Counted from the stretch's first letter, positions 40,763 to 50,585 are shown. The stretch: 64,000 nucleotides of DNA from an uncultured Chthonomonadaceae bacterium (GCA_963835065.1 CAWIEK010000044.1:502339-566338); one strand, 5' to 3'. Program-made: numbers and translations. The notes: generated by a model not told the origin, from the sequence alone.

Positions 40763-40913
40763 AACCGGCATATAAAATGCCGGTTGTTAGGCGTTCCGCC
40801 GATTGTCTCGTAAACAGCAGATGTTCACAATATACAACCACATTCACACCAGGCTTTAGTCTGGCATCCAACCGGCGGAACGCCTAGCTTAACCGGCATT
40901 TTATATGCCGGTT
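40763..40913. mobile_element. REPIN/MITE-like palindrome abutting the truncated CRISPR repeat
   Basis: AACCGGCATATAAAATGCCGGTT (40763-85) and its exact reverse complement (40891-913); inner IR TAGGCGTTCCGCCG/CGGCGGAACGCCTA. Confidence 0.8.
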
Positions 40914-41214
40914 ATTTGCTGTGTCGGCTATTAGCAGCAATAGTCTTCAAATAAGACCATTCTCACCTTGAAAAGAACCTTGTAGGGACACAACATGTAG
41001 TGTCCTCTTCCTGCGGCGTGTCCACGTCCTGTAATTGATCACCCCCGTATTCCTGACAGATTCAGCCATCCTGACACAAATACGTGGTAGACTTTCCTTC
41101 CCGCATGGAATAAGTTACTTGTGAGATACTTCACAAGGAAAACTTACGAATGAAGGCTTAATCAAACGGATTGCAAACACGGATGCGTTTTGAGTACAGG
41201 GAGGAGAAAAAAGA

Positions 41215-41295
41215 ATGATATTGCCGGTAATGATGGTCATGCTCGCGCTGATGTGTATGCGCGGGGCGCTGAAAATGGTAACGGAGAGTTTCTAA
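41215..41295 (+). CDS. Candidate 26-aa hydrophobic peptide MILPVMMVMLALMCMRGALKMVTESF
   Basis: Strong RBS AGGGAGGAG upstream; possible promoter TAGACT-17-TAAGTT at 41088-41116; not in the ORF track because of its size. Confidence 0.45.
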   Translation: MILPVMMVMLALMCMRGALKMVTESF

Positions 41296-41421
41296 CGGAG
41301 TTTCTAAACGGACAGTTTCTAATCGCTGCGCGGGGTTCCGCCATAAAACGTTCGCCTGAGTACGGGCTTTGTCCCGTTGACATAATATAACTGCATCGCG
41401 CTACAACTGAATAACAGACAA

Positions 41422-41471
41422 AAGCCGCGCCGTTCTTTCTTAATTATTATCAGGAAAGAACGGCGCGGCTT
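41422..41471. terminator. Intrinsic terminator, probably bidirectional
   Basis: AAGCCGCGCCGTTCTTTC / GAAAGAACGGCGCGGCTT 18-bp stem. Confidence 0.8.
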
Positions 41472-41494
41472 ATTTACGCTCCTGGAGATGCAGA

Positions 41495-43045
41495 TTACTG
41501 CTGCTGCGCCTGGAGGAAGCCCGCCCAGTTGGGAGCGACTTTGGCGAGGCCCAGGTTGTTCCATTGCGGGTCGAAGCCTGTTGTGTCGTCCACGCTGCTC
41601 GGCGTTTGCGGGCCGGGCAGGAAGATGCTCAGGCCGCTGGCTTGCGCTTCCTGGCCGTTGGGATCATGGGAGGACACCAGAATCGCGCCACTGGTTCCAA
41701 GCAGGCTCGATTCGACATTCGCCGCCGCCTGCGCCAGATCGTTCGGGACGCCGCTCGACGTGCGGATCAGGTCGGCAAAGTGGTACAGGTCTTTGTACTC
41801 CGCAAAGTCAAAGAACTGCGCCGCCTGCCGCGCCGTGCGGATGAGCGTAGCCTGCGACGTGGTATAAGTGCGCAGGCTGCCGCCGAAACTGTTCAGCGCG
41901 GTGGCAACCCCGTCCATTTTGGAAAGGTCGGTCATGGCCTGCGTGATGTTGGTTTCGTTCGGGTATTCCGCAATGGTATTATTGACCAGGTTCTGGCCGC
42001 AATCGCCGGGCGACGCGGGCGTGGATTGCAGGAAGCCGAGCCAGGTGTTGTAGGGGTAGCCCATTCCGGGCGGGCTTTCTTCGGAAGCGACGAGAACGCG
42101 GGCGGAGTTGCGAACATCGTAAGCCAGTTCCGTCGTGCCTTGCAGGGAACAGTCAATAACCAGCGTGTCAATCTTTTGCGCCGTATTCGCCAATGCCAGC
42201 GGCAGTTCCTGCGTGGCGATCTGGCTGCCGGTCTGCACGTCCTGTGACAGCCCGCGCGTCAATTTCTTCGTCCTGGCCGTTGTCGGCGTACCGCGCCGCA
42301 GTTTGGACTTCACCGAACGGTTGTTGACATTCAATGCGCCGGAACCATGATCCCAGATTACGACGGCAAGATGATCGGCGGGGAAATTCTGTGAGCCAAA
42401 CTGCACGAAATCGGCCAGAGTCTTGTAACTGCCCATGTCCGCCGTCTTGTTGCCGTTGTCGTTGAGAGTGGCGGTGGGCGGGTCGGCAATTCGGTCCGAG
42501 TCCAGCACCGTCGTGTCGCCGACAAGGTTGGAATTCGTGTCAATGCCGCTGGGCGCAATGCGGTTCAAATCGGCCTGGCTGTGTTTCTGAAGCACATATC
42601 GGCGCGTCCCGACAAAGGAAGGCGTTGTATCTACGGCGACGCTGGGGAAGAACGAAGACTGCTTCGTCTGCTTCCACTGCACCACGATGTTGAGGTCGGC
42701 ATTGGTTCCAACCGAAGCCATTTGCGCGATATTAATCAGGCTGAACGGCTGCAGGTTGCTGGCAGCGTTCATGTACACAAGCACCGTCCAGCGCGCCCGC
42801 CCGGCCTGGTGCGCGTTCTGCTGAAAGACGGGCCGCGAGGCGTTGCCGCTGTTGACGAACGGCGATTTGCCGGGCGTAGTGAATGTGCCGGTAACAGGCG
42901 TTGTGCCGCCGCCATTGTTGCCGTTGTTATTGTTATTGTTGTTGGAGGAGGAACCTCCGCCGCCGCAGCCCGCAAGAGCCGCGCCGAAAACCCCCGCCAG
43001 GCCGGCGGCAGCCGAAAGCCGGCGGGTAAAAAGTGACAAAGACAT
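41495..43045 (-). CDS. Clostripain-like (peptidase C11) lipoprotein
   Basis: Lipobox LAGC, WTVLVYMNAASNL, WDHGSG, VASEESPPGMGYPY, DLYHF, SGLSIFLP. Confidence 0.8.
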   Translation of the reverse strand: MSLSLFTRRLSAAAGLAGVFGAALAGCGGGGSSSNNNNNNNGNNGGGTTPVTGTFTTPGKSPFVNSGNASRPVFQQNAHQAGRARWTVLVYMNAASNLQPFSLINIAQMASVGTNADLNIVVQWKQTKQSSFFPSVAVDTTPSFVGTRRYVLQKHSQADLNRIAPSGIDTNSNLVGDTTVLDSDRIADPPTATLNDNGNKTADMGSYKTLADFVQFGSQNFPADHLAVVIWDHGSGALNVNNRSVKSKLRRGTPTTARTKKLTRGLSQDVQTGSQIATQELPLALANTAQKIDTLVIDCSLQGTTELAYDVRNSARVLVASEESPPGMGYPYNTWLGFLQSTPASPGDCGQNLVNNTIAEYPNETNITQAMTDLSKMDGVATALNSFGGSLRTYTTSQATLIRTARQAAQFFDFAEYKDLYHFADLIRTSSGVPNDLAQAAANVESSLLGTSGAILVSSHDPNGQEAQASGLSIFLPGPQTPSSVDDTTGFDPQWNNLGLAKVAPNWAGFLQAQQQ

Positions 43046-43620
43046 GCGTATCAAACTCCCTTCACGAGAAAAGCGTTTCTTCCTCATAAGCCGCATGAAG
43101 CGGCAAGAATCGTCTTCGGGCGCTGAAAACAATCCTTTGGATTGGCGCGTAAGCAGCGGAATAAGCGCGCAAGAGTGACAGGCGGTGAGTCGCCTTCCCG
43201 AATAGTTAATAGTTGATAGTTCGTAGTTGATAGCAAGGCAGGAACTGCGAACTGTCCGCGCTCTCCGCTTAGATAGTGACGCGCGACAAACCTGAAGGTA
43301 AACACCGGAATTGTCTAACAGCCTTGTTTGTATACGGCGGAAATAACAGGCTTTGCGGCAGCCATAAGCGAAATAACTACTTCGCTGCCGCAACAAGGCG
43401 TGATTTGAGAAACATCCAGAAAACAGAATCGTAAATGGGAGGAAGAAGCCAGGCTGGTTTTATTGTGTGGGGGTGTTAAGTATAATACCATGTAATCTGC
43501 GTTTTGTCACGCGCTTGAGTCCTTTTCATCTATGGATTTTCATTCTGCCTCTTATCTTCTTCTGTCTTTTTTTCGTTTATTTCGCGTATTTCGCGGTTTG
43601 TCCATCTGAAAGGAGCCACC

Positions 43621-44364
43621 GTGCAGGACGAGGTAAAAAGTATTGCGGGGAATGGGGCGCGGATGCCGGAAATAAAGCCGCAGCCGGGTATGCGTTCGGG
43701 CGTGGCGGAAAAGCGGCGCGTGGTTGTGTCCGTGTCGCGGCATACCATGCGGTGCGTGGAAAAAGCGCGCGAACTTTTGGAAGCGGACGGGTACGCGGTG
43801 ACGCTGTTCGACATTGCCGAAACGGACGCAACGCGGGCGCGTGAAACCATTGATATTGACTCGGCGGGCGGCGTACTGGATGTGACGCTGACCGGGCTGG
43901 CCGATGAATTGATCGGGCGCGCGCCGACATTGGGCTTGATCTTGCTGGATATGGCGGGGCAGGCGGGCGTTCCGCTCGTGCTGGCTCCGGGCGGGCTGGA
44001 CATGCTGACCTTTGGATCGCGCGCCCTGATTCCGCCACAATGGGGCAAGCGCAAGTTCGTGGAAGTAGCGCCCGACCACATCGTCATGCGGACGGATACG
44101 GCTGACAACGCGCGGATGGGGCGCTTGCTGGCGGAAAAAGTCAACCAGGCGCGCGGGCCGGTAGCCGTCGCGTTGCCCCTGCGCGGCCTGTCCGATCTGG
44201 GCGCTCCCGGTGAGCCGTTTTCGTCCGCCGACATTACGATGGCCCTGTTCGGCAACCTGACCACGCACCTGCGCCGCGATATTCGCCTGATGGACAGCAA
44301 TGTCGCCATCAACGACCCCGGCTTCGCGCAATTGTGCGTGGAAGCCCTGAAAACACTATGGTAA
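43621..44364 (+). CDS. UPF0261 / Tm-1-like protein (C-terminal part only)
   Basis: VLAPGGLDMLTFG, MRT, LPLRGLS, INDPGFA. Confidence 0.75.
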   Translation: MQDEVKSIAGNGARMPEIKPQPGMRSGVAEKRRVVVSVSRHTMRCVEKARELLEADGYAVTLFDIAETDATRARETIDIDSAGGVLDVTLTGLADELIGRAPTLGLILLDMAGQAGVPLVLAPGGLDMLTFGSRALIPPQWGKRKFVEVAPDHIVMRTDTADNARMGRLLAEKVNQARGPVAVALPLRGLSDLGAPGEPFSSADITMALFGNLTTHLRRDIRLMDSNVAINDPGFAQLCVEALKTLW

Positions 44365-44370
44365 GTTACC

Positions 44371-44469
44371 TTAGAGCCTATCCCAATAGGCGCGGTATTT
44401 GCGTCTGAGGGACGCTTGATTTTTCCTGCCGGGTATTTTCAATGCCCGGCCTATGGGGATAGGCTCTTA
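44371..44469. repeat. Dispersed palindromic element family 3
   Basis: AGAGCCTATCCC...GGGATAGGCTCT ends enclosing GCCGGGTATTTTCAATGCCCGGC; relatives at 63532-63612, 4390-4445 and 49985-50063. Confidence 0.75.
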
Positions 44470-44664
44470 CCCCCCGGCGTCCATTCCGGGACACCCGCTC
44501 CTGGCCGCTCGTTGCTTACCGGGAGGCGGGGCGCATTGTTTTGCCGCATATCCCGCGCTGTTGTGGTATACTAACTATAGAAGTTCCGAAAGCAGAGTTA
44601 AGAAGACAAGTCACGTTACACAAGCGTCGAAACAAAGCGATTTATAGTTAGTGGGAGGATTCCG

Positions 44665-44853
44665 ATGGCAAAGAAAGACAGCAAGGGTACATCCAAGACC
44701 AACGTTACTGCTCGCGCCGAACTGAAGGCGCAGCAGATCACCTGCCGCATCTGCGGCACGAAGCCCGATGTCGTGCGCCAATTGACGCCCGCCGGCAAAG
44801 CGGTCATGTTCCGCAAGTGCTGCGCGGCAGCCGGTATCGCGGCCGGAGCGTAA
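44665..44853 (+). CDS. Small basic Cys-rich protein (62 aa)
   Basis: RBS GGGAGGA; extended -10 TGGTATACT at 44564-72; CRIC...KCC; downstream hairpin. Confidence 0.7.
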   Translation: MAKKDSKGTSKTNVTARAELKAQQITCRICGTKPDVVRQLTPAGKAVMFRKCCAAAGIAAGA

Positions 44854-44922
44854 GCCTGCTTCAATCACATTCGTAGGGGCACAACATGTTGTGCCCGCAC
44901 TGTGGTAAATGTCCGCCCTGTG

Positions 44923-44967
44923 GCAAAATGCCCGTTCTTCGTGAGGAGAGCGGGCATTTTGCTGTTT
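44923..44967 (+). terminator. Intrinsic terminator
   Basis: GCAAAATGCCCG...CGGGCATTTTGC followed by TGTTT. Confidence 0.6.
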
Positions 44968-45069
44968 GGGCAGGAGAAAGGCCGGGCAAACGCGAATAGA
45001 GGGGTTAAAACACAACCCTTCACGCGGTTAAAACAAATAACACAATCAAACGCAAAGGAACCTTTCGAT

Positions 45070-46954
45070 TTGAACTCTGACCCGGTTGGCAGTTTCGCGC
45101 TTGTGCTTCATTCGCATATCCCCTACACGCTTGCGCACGGACAGCGCCCGCATGGCACGGATTGGCTGGCCGAAGCGACGGCGGAAACCTATATCCCCCT
45201 GCTCGATGTCCTTTTCCGGCTTGTCGGCGAAGGCATCTCCCCTCAGATAACCCTCGGCCTGACGCCCATTCTCATAGAGCAGCTTGCCGCCCCGGACTTT
45301 CAAACTGAATTCGACGCTTATGTTCAGCACAAGATTCAAATGGCGCGGGACAATCAGGCGGAGTTTACCCGTGACGGCGATATGCACCTGCTGGGACTGG
45401 CGCACTACTGGGAAAACTTTTACCTCCACATTCAAACGCAGTACCGGGATGTGTACGGGCGCGACATTGTAAGCGCGTTCGGCCAATTGCAGGCGGCGGG
45501 GCACATCGAAATTCTGACGAGCGCGGCCACGCATGGCTATTTGCCCCTGTTGGGCACGGACGCGGGCATACGGGCGCAGATCGCGCAGGGCGTATTCACG
45601 TATCAAAAGCATTTTGGGCGCGCGCCGAAAGGGTTCTGGCTGCCCGAATGTGGCTACCGTCCCGGCTATGCGTGGAATTCGCCGCTGGCAAACTTTCGGA
45701 CGCCAACGCCAATCATGCGCAAAGGTCTTGAGCAACTGCTGGCGGAGCAGGGGCTGGAATACTTTTTTGTGGACGCGCATTTGCTGCAGGGCGGCGAAGC
45801 GATTGGCGTGTACCGGGACCGTTTTGCCGGACTGGAGGAACTCTGGGCGCAATTCACCAAAACGTATGTGCCCGAAATTACCGAGCGCGCGTCCTACACT
45901 CCTTATCTCGTCGCCGCCGGATCGCCCCTCCCTGCTGAAGCAAATCCTACGTTAGTGTCTCCCCCCAACACCCGACACCCCGCCTCTGCGGAACCAACGC
46001 CCACGTTAGTTTCTCCCCCCGACACCCGATACCCGACACCCGAGACCCAACACCTCGCCGTTTTCAGCCGCGACCCGCTTACAGGAGCGCAGGTATGGAG
46101 CGGCGAAAGCGGCTACCCCGGCGATCCGCGCTATCTGGAATTCCACAAAAAGCATTATCCCGGTCATCTACGCTACTGGCGCGTATCGGACAACAAACAG
46201 GATTTGGGCGGCAAATGGCTGTACGAACCCCGCGCCGCGCAGGGGCGGGCGCAGGAACACGCGCGTCATTTTGCAGCCATTATTCGGGACACGCTGACCG
46301 AACATCGGCGGGAGCGCGGCACACCGGGCCTTGTCACGGCGATGTACGATACGGAATTGTTCGGGCACTGGTGGTTCGAGGGGCCGGAGTTTTTGTACCA
46401 TGTGTTGAAGCGGCTGCATACGGAGGGGGATATTGCGGTTCAGACTTGCGGCGCGTACCTGCGCGCCACGCCGCCAACGCAAATCGTCTCGCTGCCGGAA
46501 GGCTCGTGGGGCGAGGGCGGCTACCATTGGACATGGCTCAATCAGGCGACGGCATGGGCGTGGGAAAAGATTTACGAAGCCGAACGCGAAATGACCGCTC
46601 TGGCGCAGGCGTGTGCGGACAAACCGGGCGTGGAGCGCATTATCAGGCAGGCGGCGCGGGAACTGCTGCTGCTGCAATCGTCGGATTGGACGTTCAACAT
46701 CAGCACGTATGCCAGCCGCGATTACGCCGAACAGCGCATCAACTACCACCATGCGAAGTTCACGCAGTTAGCCGCCCTCGCCCGCCGCGTAATGTCTGAG
46801 GGCGAAACCACTCACGTCTGACTCGGCAACGCTCACCGCCGAGACGCCAACGCTCACGCCCGCAGAAGCAAAACTGCTCACGGAAACCGAAACCCGCGAC
46901 CGCTGTTTTGCCGATGTAAACCCCGAATGGTGGCGAGAGAAAACGGAAGGGTAA
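45070..46954 (+). CDS. GH57 1,4-alpha-glucan branching enzyme (DUF1957 type); frameshift near 46810
   Basis: LVLHSHIPY, ATHGYLPL, FWLPECGY, YDTELFGHWWFEG, RELLLLQSSDW; the C-terminal LTETETRDRCFADVNPEWW lies in the shifted frame. Confidence 0.9.
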
Positions 46955-47055
46955 CGCGCCAACGAACACGCGCATGTCAGACCCATTCGAGGCGCAGTCC
47001 GAACAGCAAACTTCTTCCATCGCGCAACGGGAAACCTCGTCAACAGAGGAGCGTA

Positions 47056-47091
47056 CTATAGAAAATCAGCAGGAGCGCGCGTATAATCCTT
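47056..47091 (+). promoter_or_regulatory. Promoter-containing 36-bp direct repeat, copy 1 (copy 2 at 47944-47979)
   Basis: CTATAGAAAATCAGC...GTATAATCCTT; 32/36 identical; contains TATAAT. Confidence 0.7.
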
Positions 47092-47106
47092 TAGGGAGCA
47101 ACAGCC

Positions 47107-47325
47107 ATGACGACTTCAACCACCACTTACCGGCAGCAAGTGCTGACCGAACTGGACACCGTACCCGATGAGTACCTGCCGTTCGTGCTGCAATTACTCC
47201 GCTCTTTTCACGACACGGTACTTTTGAAGCCGGCAGGAGACAGTTTCCGGCAGGGATGGCAGGAGGCGCAGCGTGGAGAAACATACCCGATAACTACTCT
47301 GTGGGATGATCTCAATGACGAATGA
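47107..47325 (+). CDS. Putative antitoxin
   Basis: 72 aa, SFRQGWQEAQRGETYPITTLWD; overlaps the RelE-like gene. Confidence 0.75.
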   Translation: MTTSTTTYRQQVLTELDTVPDEYLPFVLQLLRSFHDTVLLKPAGDSFRQGWQEAQRGETYPITTLWDDLNDE

Positions 47326-47758
47326 TGAGCAGCCCGCGCAGGAAGTCTTGCGATACACGCCTGAATTTAAGCGCAATCTTCGCCAACTTGCCAGAAAGTA
47401 CCGCAATATCAAGACAGATATTCAGCCACTCCTTGACACGCTGGAACAGGGACAAACGCCGGGAGATCAGATTCCCAATGTGCAGTACGAGGTCTTTAAG
47501 GTTCGCCTGAGCAATTCCGACAGCGCCAAAGGCAAGAGCGGCGGCTACCGGGTTGTGTATCAGCGAAGCGCGGAAGGCGCTGTCGTTTTAATTACCATCT
47601 ACTCCAAAACGGAGCAGGAAGATATTGCGCCAGGCGAACTGAGAGCCATCATATTTGCCTATGATAAGCAGGTAGCAGAGGCACAAGCATTAGAAGCGCA
47701 GGCTGACTCCGATTTGCCGGACATTCCATCTAACGGTAACACCAATTCCAATCCATGA
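47315..47758 (+). CDS. RelE/HigB-family toxin
   Basis: TPEFKRNLRQLARKY, VFKVRL, KGKSGGYRVVY, LITIYSK. Confidence 0.85.
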   Translation: MTNDEQPAQEVLRYTPEFKRNLRQLARKYRNIKTDIQPLLDTLEQGQTPGDQIPNVQYEVFKVRLSNSDSAKGKSGGYRVVYQRSAEGAVVLITIYSKTEQEDIAPGELRAIIFAYDKQVAEAQALEAQADSDLPDIPSNGNTNSNP

Positions 47759-48032
47759 TTTATGGCTGGTACAGGTAAGGTCGCTTCGCGCAATCGAGCG
47801 GGTAGGGCATGGAAGTAGAGGAAAATCAAAGGGCGGCGCTCCGAACGGGAAGCAGGCAGGTACGGCGGGTTGCCGCGCTGCTGCGCTCCATCGCCTGCAT
47901 AGTTCGCATCCGAATAGACGGACTCCTCCTATGAAGCGGCTTCCTATAGAAAATCAGCGTGAGTGCGTGTATAATCCTTATGGCGCTTTATCAACGTGCT
48001 GACTTATCAGCAGACAACGTTCAGAAAAAATT

Positions 48033-48420
48033 ATGGCTATCGAGAAAATAGAAGAGGCATCCGCGCTGCTGTCGCACGAGACAAGCGAATTGCCCATTAT
48101 GGAGCAGTCCACTGCCGTTTTACCACTGTCCTCCACTCACGCGACAAGGGAATGGATGAAATTGCGCGATGGGCATTGCGGCAGGCGAACGCGCCAACGC
48201 TGCCGCCCACGCCTTGCTGCGCACGCATGGGGCCAGCATCATCTACGGATGTGGCGAGGCCGTATGCGAGGAGCTGCCGGATGGCACAGTCGTACTGCAT
48301 CCACCGGGCGAAACGCCTTCTACGCTTCGCGCCAACAGTAAACCGGAAATGGTTACACCGTGACCCCACAGGCTGTCATCATTGCAGGTACAAATGGCTC
48401 CGGGAAAAATACGCCGACGC
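48033..48420 (+). pseudogene. Decayed two-gene module: frameshifted small ORF plus N-terminal remnant of a zeta-toxin-like P-loop protein
   Basis: ORFs 48033 and 48169-48363 join by one indel; GTGA overlap into MTPQAVIIAGTNGSGK, which then runs into heptamer repeats. Confidence 0.5.
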
Positions 48421-48514
48421 AGCAACTACAGGTGTTCAGGTATTCGGAAAGACCTTGTTCAACGAGTGCATTGTCCCAACACCCGACACCCCACACCCGA
48501 CACCCGCATCTACT

Positions 48515-49912
48515 ATGTTACATCAATTCGAGACGCAAACCGAACCGCAAACTTCTCCCCTTACGCAACTGGAAACCTCGCTCCCGTCTGCGCAAACGCC
48601 TGCGCCTGCCACCCTGCCGGAGCAGCGCAATGCTTTAGAAACAGCTTCCGCTTCCGAACTCGTAACAACGCATCTCCCGGAAGAAGCCCTTGTCGCCGCC
48701 GATAGCGAGACATGGCAGGGCTTGCTGGAACAGTGGCGGCAGGAACCACAGGGCAAGAGGCCCCACACAGTTGCATACCTGAGTGTGGGCGCAGGTGTGC
48801 TTTCCGTGCCGATATATTTGCTGATCATGTACGCCTTTCCCACAGCCGCCGGCCTCAATTCCTTTATCTATGGCTTCTGGCTGGTATTTCTGATGGTGGC
48901 GTTCCAGACCGGCATGGGATTGCCGAGCAGCCTGACGCCCGGCCAAACACGCCTGCTCAATGCTCTGGCTGAAGTGCAGGATACGCAGGCGGCAGGGCCG
49001 TTGCTGGAAGCGTGGCAAACAGCGAGTTGGGGGCAGGGGCGCGAGGAGTTGGGCAAAATCCTGACAGGTCTGCTTCCCCGACTGCGCAGAGAAAATGTGG
49101 TTCTTAGCGCCCGCCAGCGTGAAATCCTTTACAGCAGCGTCAACCGAACTCTGGCCGCCACGCACACGGATTTTGTTCTCGTCTGCCTGGACGCTATCGA
49201 GCGAATCGGCGACCAGGCCGTTCTTCCCACCCTGGCCCGCTTTGTCGTCCACGATGCGCCTTCCAAACAGGAGCAGAACGTCCGCGAACGCGCCCGGCAG
49301 TGCCTGACGCGCCTTACACAGCAACTGGACTTCGGCACGACTGGCGACATTCCGGGATGGGTCGCCAAACTGCCCCATACCTCCGTCAGCACCGGCTCTC
49401 CAGTCCTGCCTGCCGGAGCGGATGACGCGCTGATTGCCCATTTTGCCCTGATCCAACTTTTGCCGCAACTACAGCCTTCGGATTCAGCTCTGCTCAAGCA
49501 CAGCCAGCGCGAGTATCTGGCGGAGGCGTGGCGCTGGATGCTGTATGCGCTTTCACCTGGCGCCCCGGCAGCAAATTTGATACAACAGTCCCGACTGGGA
49601 TCGGCGTTCTCGTTTGCCGTGCTTGACGCGCTGGAACAGATTGGAACGGGGCAGGATTTAAGCCTCTCTTATTATCTCTTGCGTGACGTGCCGGTTGACG
49701 ATCTGCCGCCCCTGCGCGAAAAAGCGCGTCACGTCAACGCCATTTTGGAGCAACGGCGCGACCGGGAACAAATCGGGCAAACCCTGCTGCGCGGCGCAAG
49801 CGCTCCGCCTGCCGCGCCCGGCGAACTGCTTGCGTCCTGCAACCGCCGAACCGGTTTCTTCCGATCCGAAGGAGTTGTTGAGACCGGGAAGAGGGAAGAG
49901 GGAATGAGGTAG
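48515..49912 (+). CDS. Membrane protein with helical (HEAT-like) repeats
   Basis: Two TM segments; repeated LLPxL...LDAIERIG / LDALEQIG units; TLLRGAS/ELLRP tail with probable indel near 49830. Confidence 0.65.
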   Translation: MLHQFETQTEPQTSPLTQLETSLPSAQTPAPATLPEQRNALETASASELVTTHLPEEALVAADSETWQGLLEQWRQEPQGKRPHTVAYLSVGAGVLSVPIYLLIMYAFPTAAGLNSFIYGFWLVFLMVAFQTGMGLPSSLTPGQTRLLNALAEVQDTQAAGPLLEAWQTASWGQGREELGKILTGLLPRLRRENVVLSARQREILYSSVNRTLAATHTDFVLVCLDAIERIGDQAVLPTLARFVVHDAPSKQEQNVRERARQCLTRLTQQLDFGTTGDIPGWVAKLPHTSVSTGSPVLPAGADDALIAHFALIQLLPQLQPSDSALLKHSQREYLAEAWRWMLYALSPGAPAANLIQQSRLGSAFSFAVLDALEQIGTGQDLSLSYYLLRDVPVDDLPPLREKARHVNAILEQRRDREQIGQTLLRGASAPPAAPGELLASCNRRTGFFRSEGVVETGKREEGMR

Positions 49913-50075
49913 AGGTAGAAGTAGATAGGTAGACGGTAGACGATAGATAAACTAGACGGTAGAATCTGGTCCGAGGACTAAGCAGGCCTATCCCAACAGG
50001 TTCCCCTTCTCCCAGGCTTTTTTGGGAGAAGGGGCAGGGGTTGAGGGCCTGTTGGGATAGGCTTTGAATTGGAGC

Positions 50076-50585
50076 ATGATGACAACAATGTGGACAAAGA
50101 GCAAAATTCTTGATACAGCGCTGGCAGGATTGGCGATTCTGGCACTATTCAGTGTGGCGGGGTGTCGGCAGTCGCGGCCTGACCCGCGCCCGTCGGCGCT
50201 TGCCTATTATACGGCGTTGAGCCGACAGGATTGGAAGGCTATGTATCCGCTCACCGCCTTTGCGCCGGAAGAGCGCGAGGTTTACAAAGATGCGGCGGAC
50301 TTTGCGCAGAAGATGGACAAGCAATTAGCCGTAGACGGCCCGGAAGTGCAGGGATTTGCGCTCCTCAAAAACCTGTCGGATATTGCTGTCGGTACGCCGG
50401 CTATTTCCGAAGACAAAGCGGATGTGCCCACGTCGGCAACCCTGACCTATCAGAACAAAGCGCGGCATTTTCACGGCATAGCCCACATGATTTATCAGGA
50501 GGGCGCGTGGAAGTTCGACACCACCGCTAGCGGCACGGATGTCACCGCCAAAGCCATTGCGCAACTGCTTGGGCAAGAGAAATGA
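50076..50585 (+). CDS. Lipoprotein, possibly NTF2-like
   Basis: Lipobox VAGC; YYTALSRQDWKAMY...EGAWK. Confidence 0.65.
   Translation: MMTTMWTKSKILDTALAGLAILALFSVAGCRQSRPDPRPSALAYYTALSRQDWKAMYPLTAFAPEEREVYKDAADFAQKMDKQLAVDGPEVQGFALLKNLSDIAVGTPAISEDKADVPTSATLTYQNKARHFHGIAHMIYQEGAWKFDTTASGTDVTAKAIAQLLGQEK

Noticed and set aside
40656..40871. 71-aa minus-strand ORF as a cas2 or transposase fragment
   Set aside because: It overlaps the CRISPR array and the palindrome, and lacks the Cas2 N-terminal YD motif and an HUH motif.
47056..47979. Integron cassette array
   Set aside because: No integrase gene and no recognisable attC structure; only a duplicated promoter segment.
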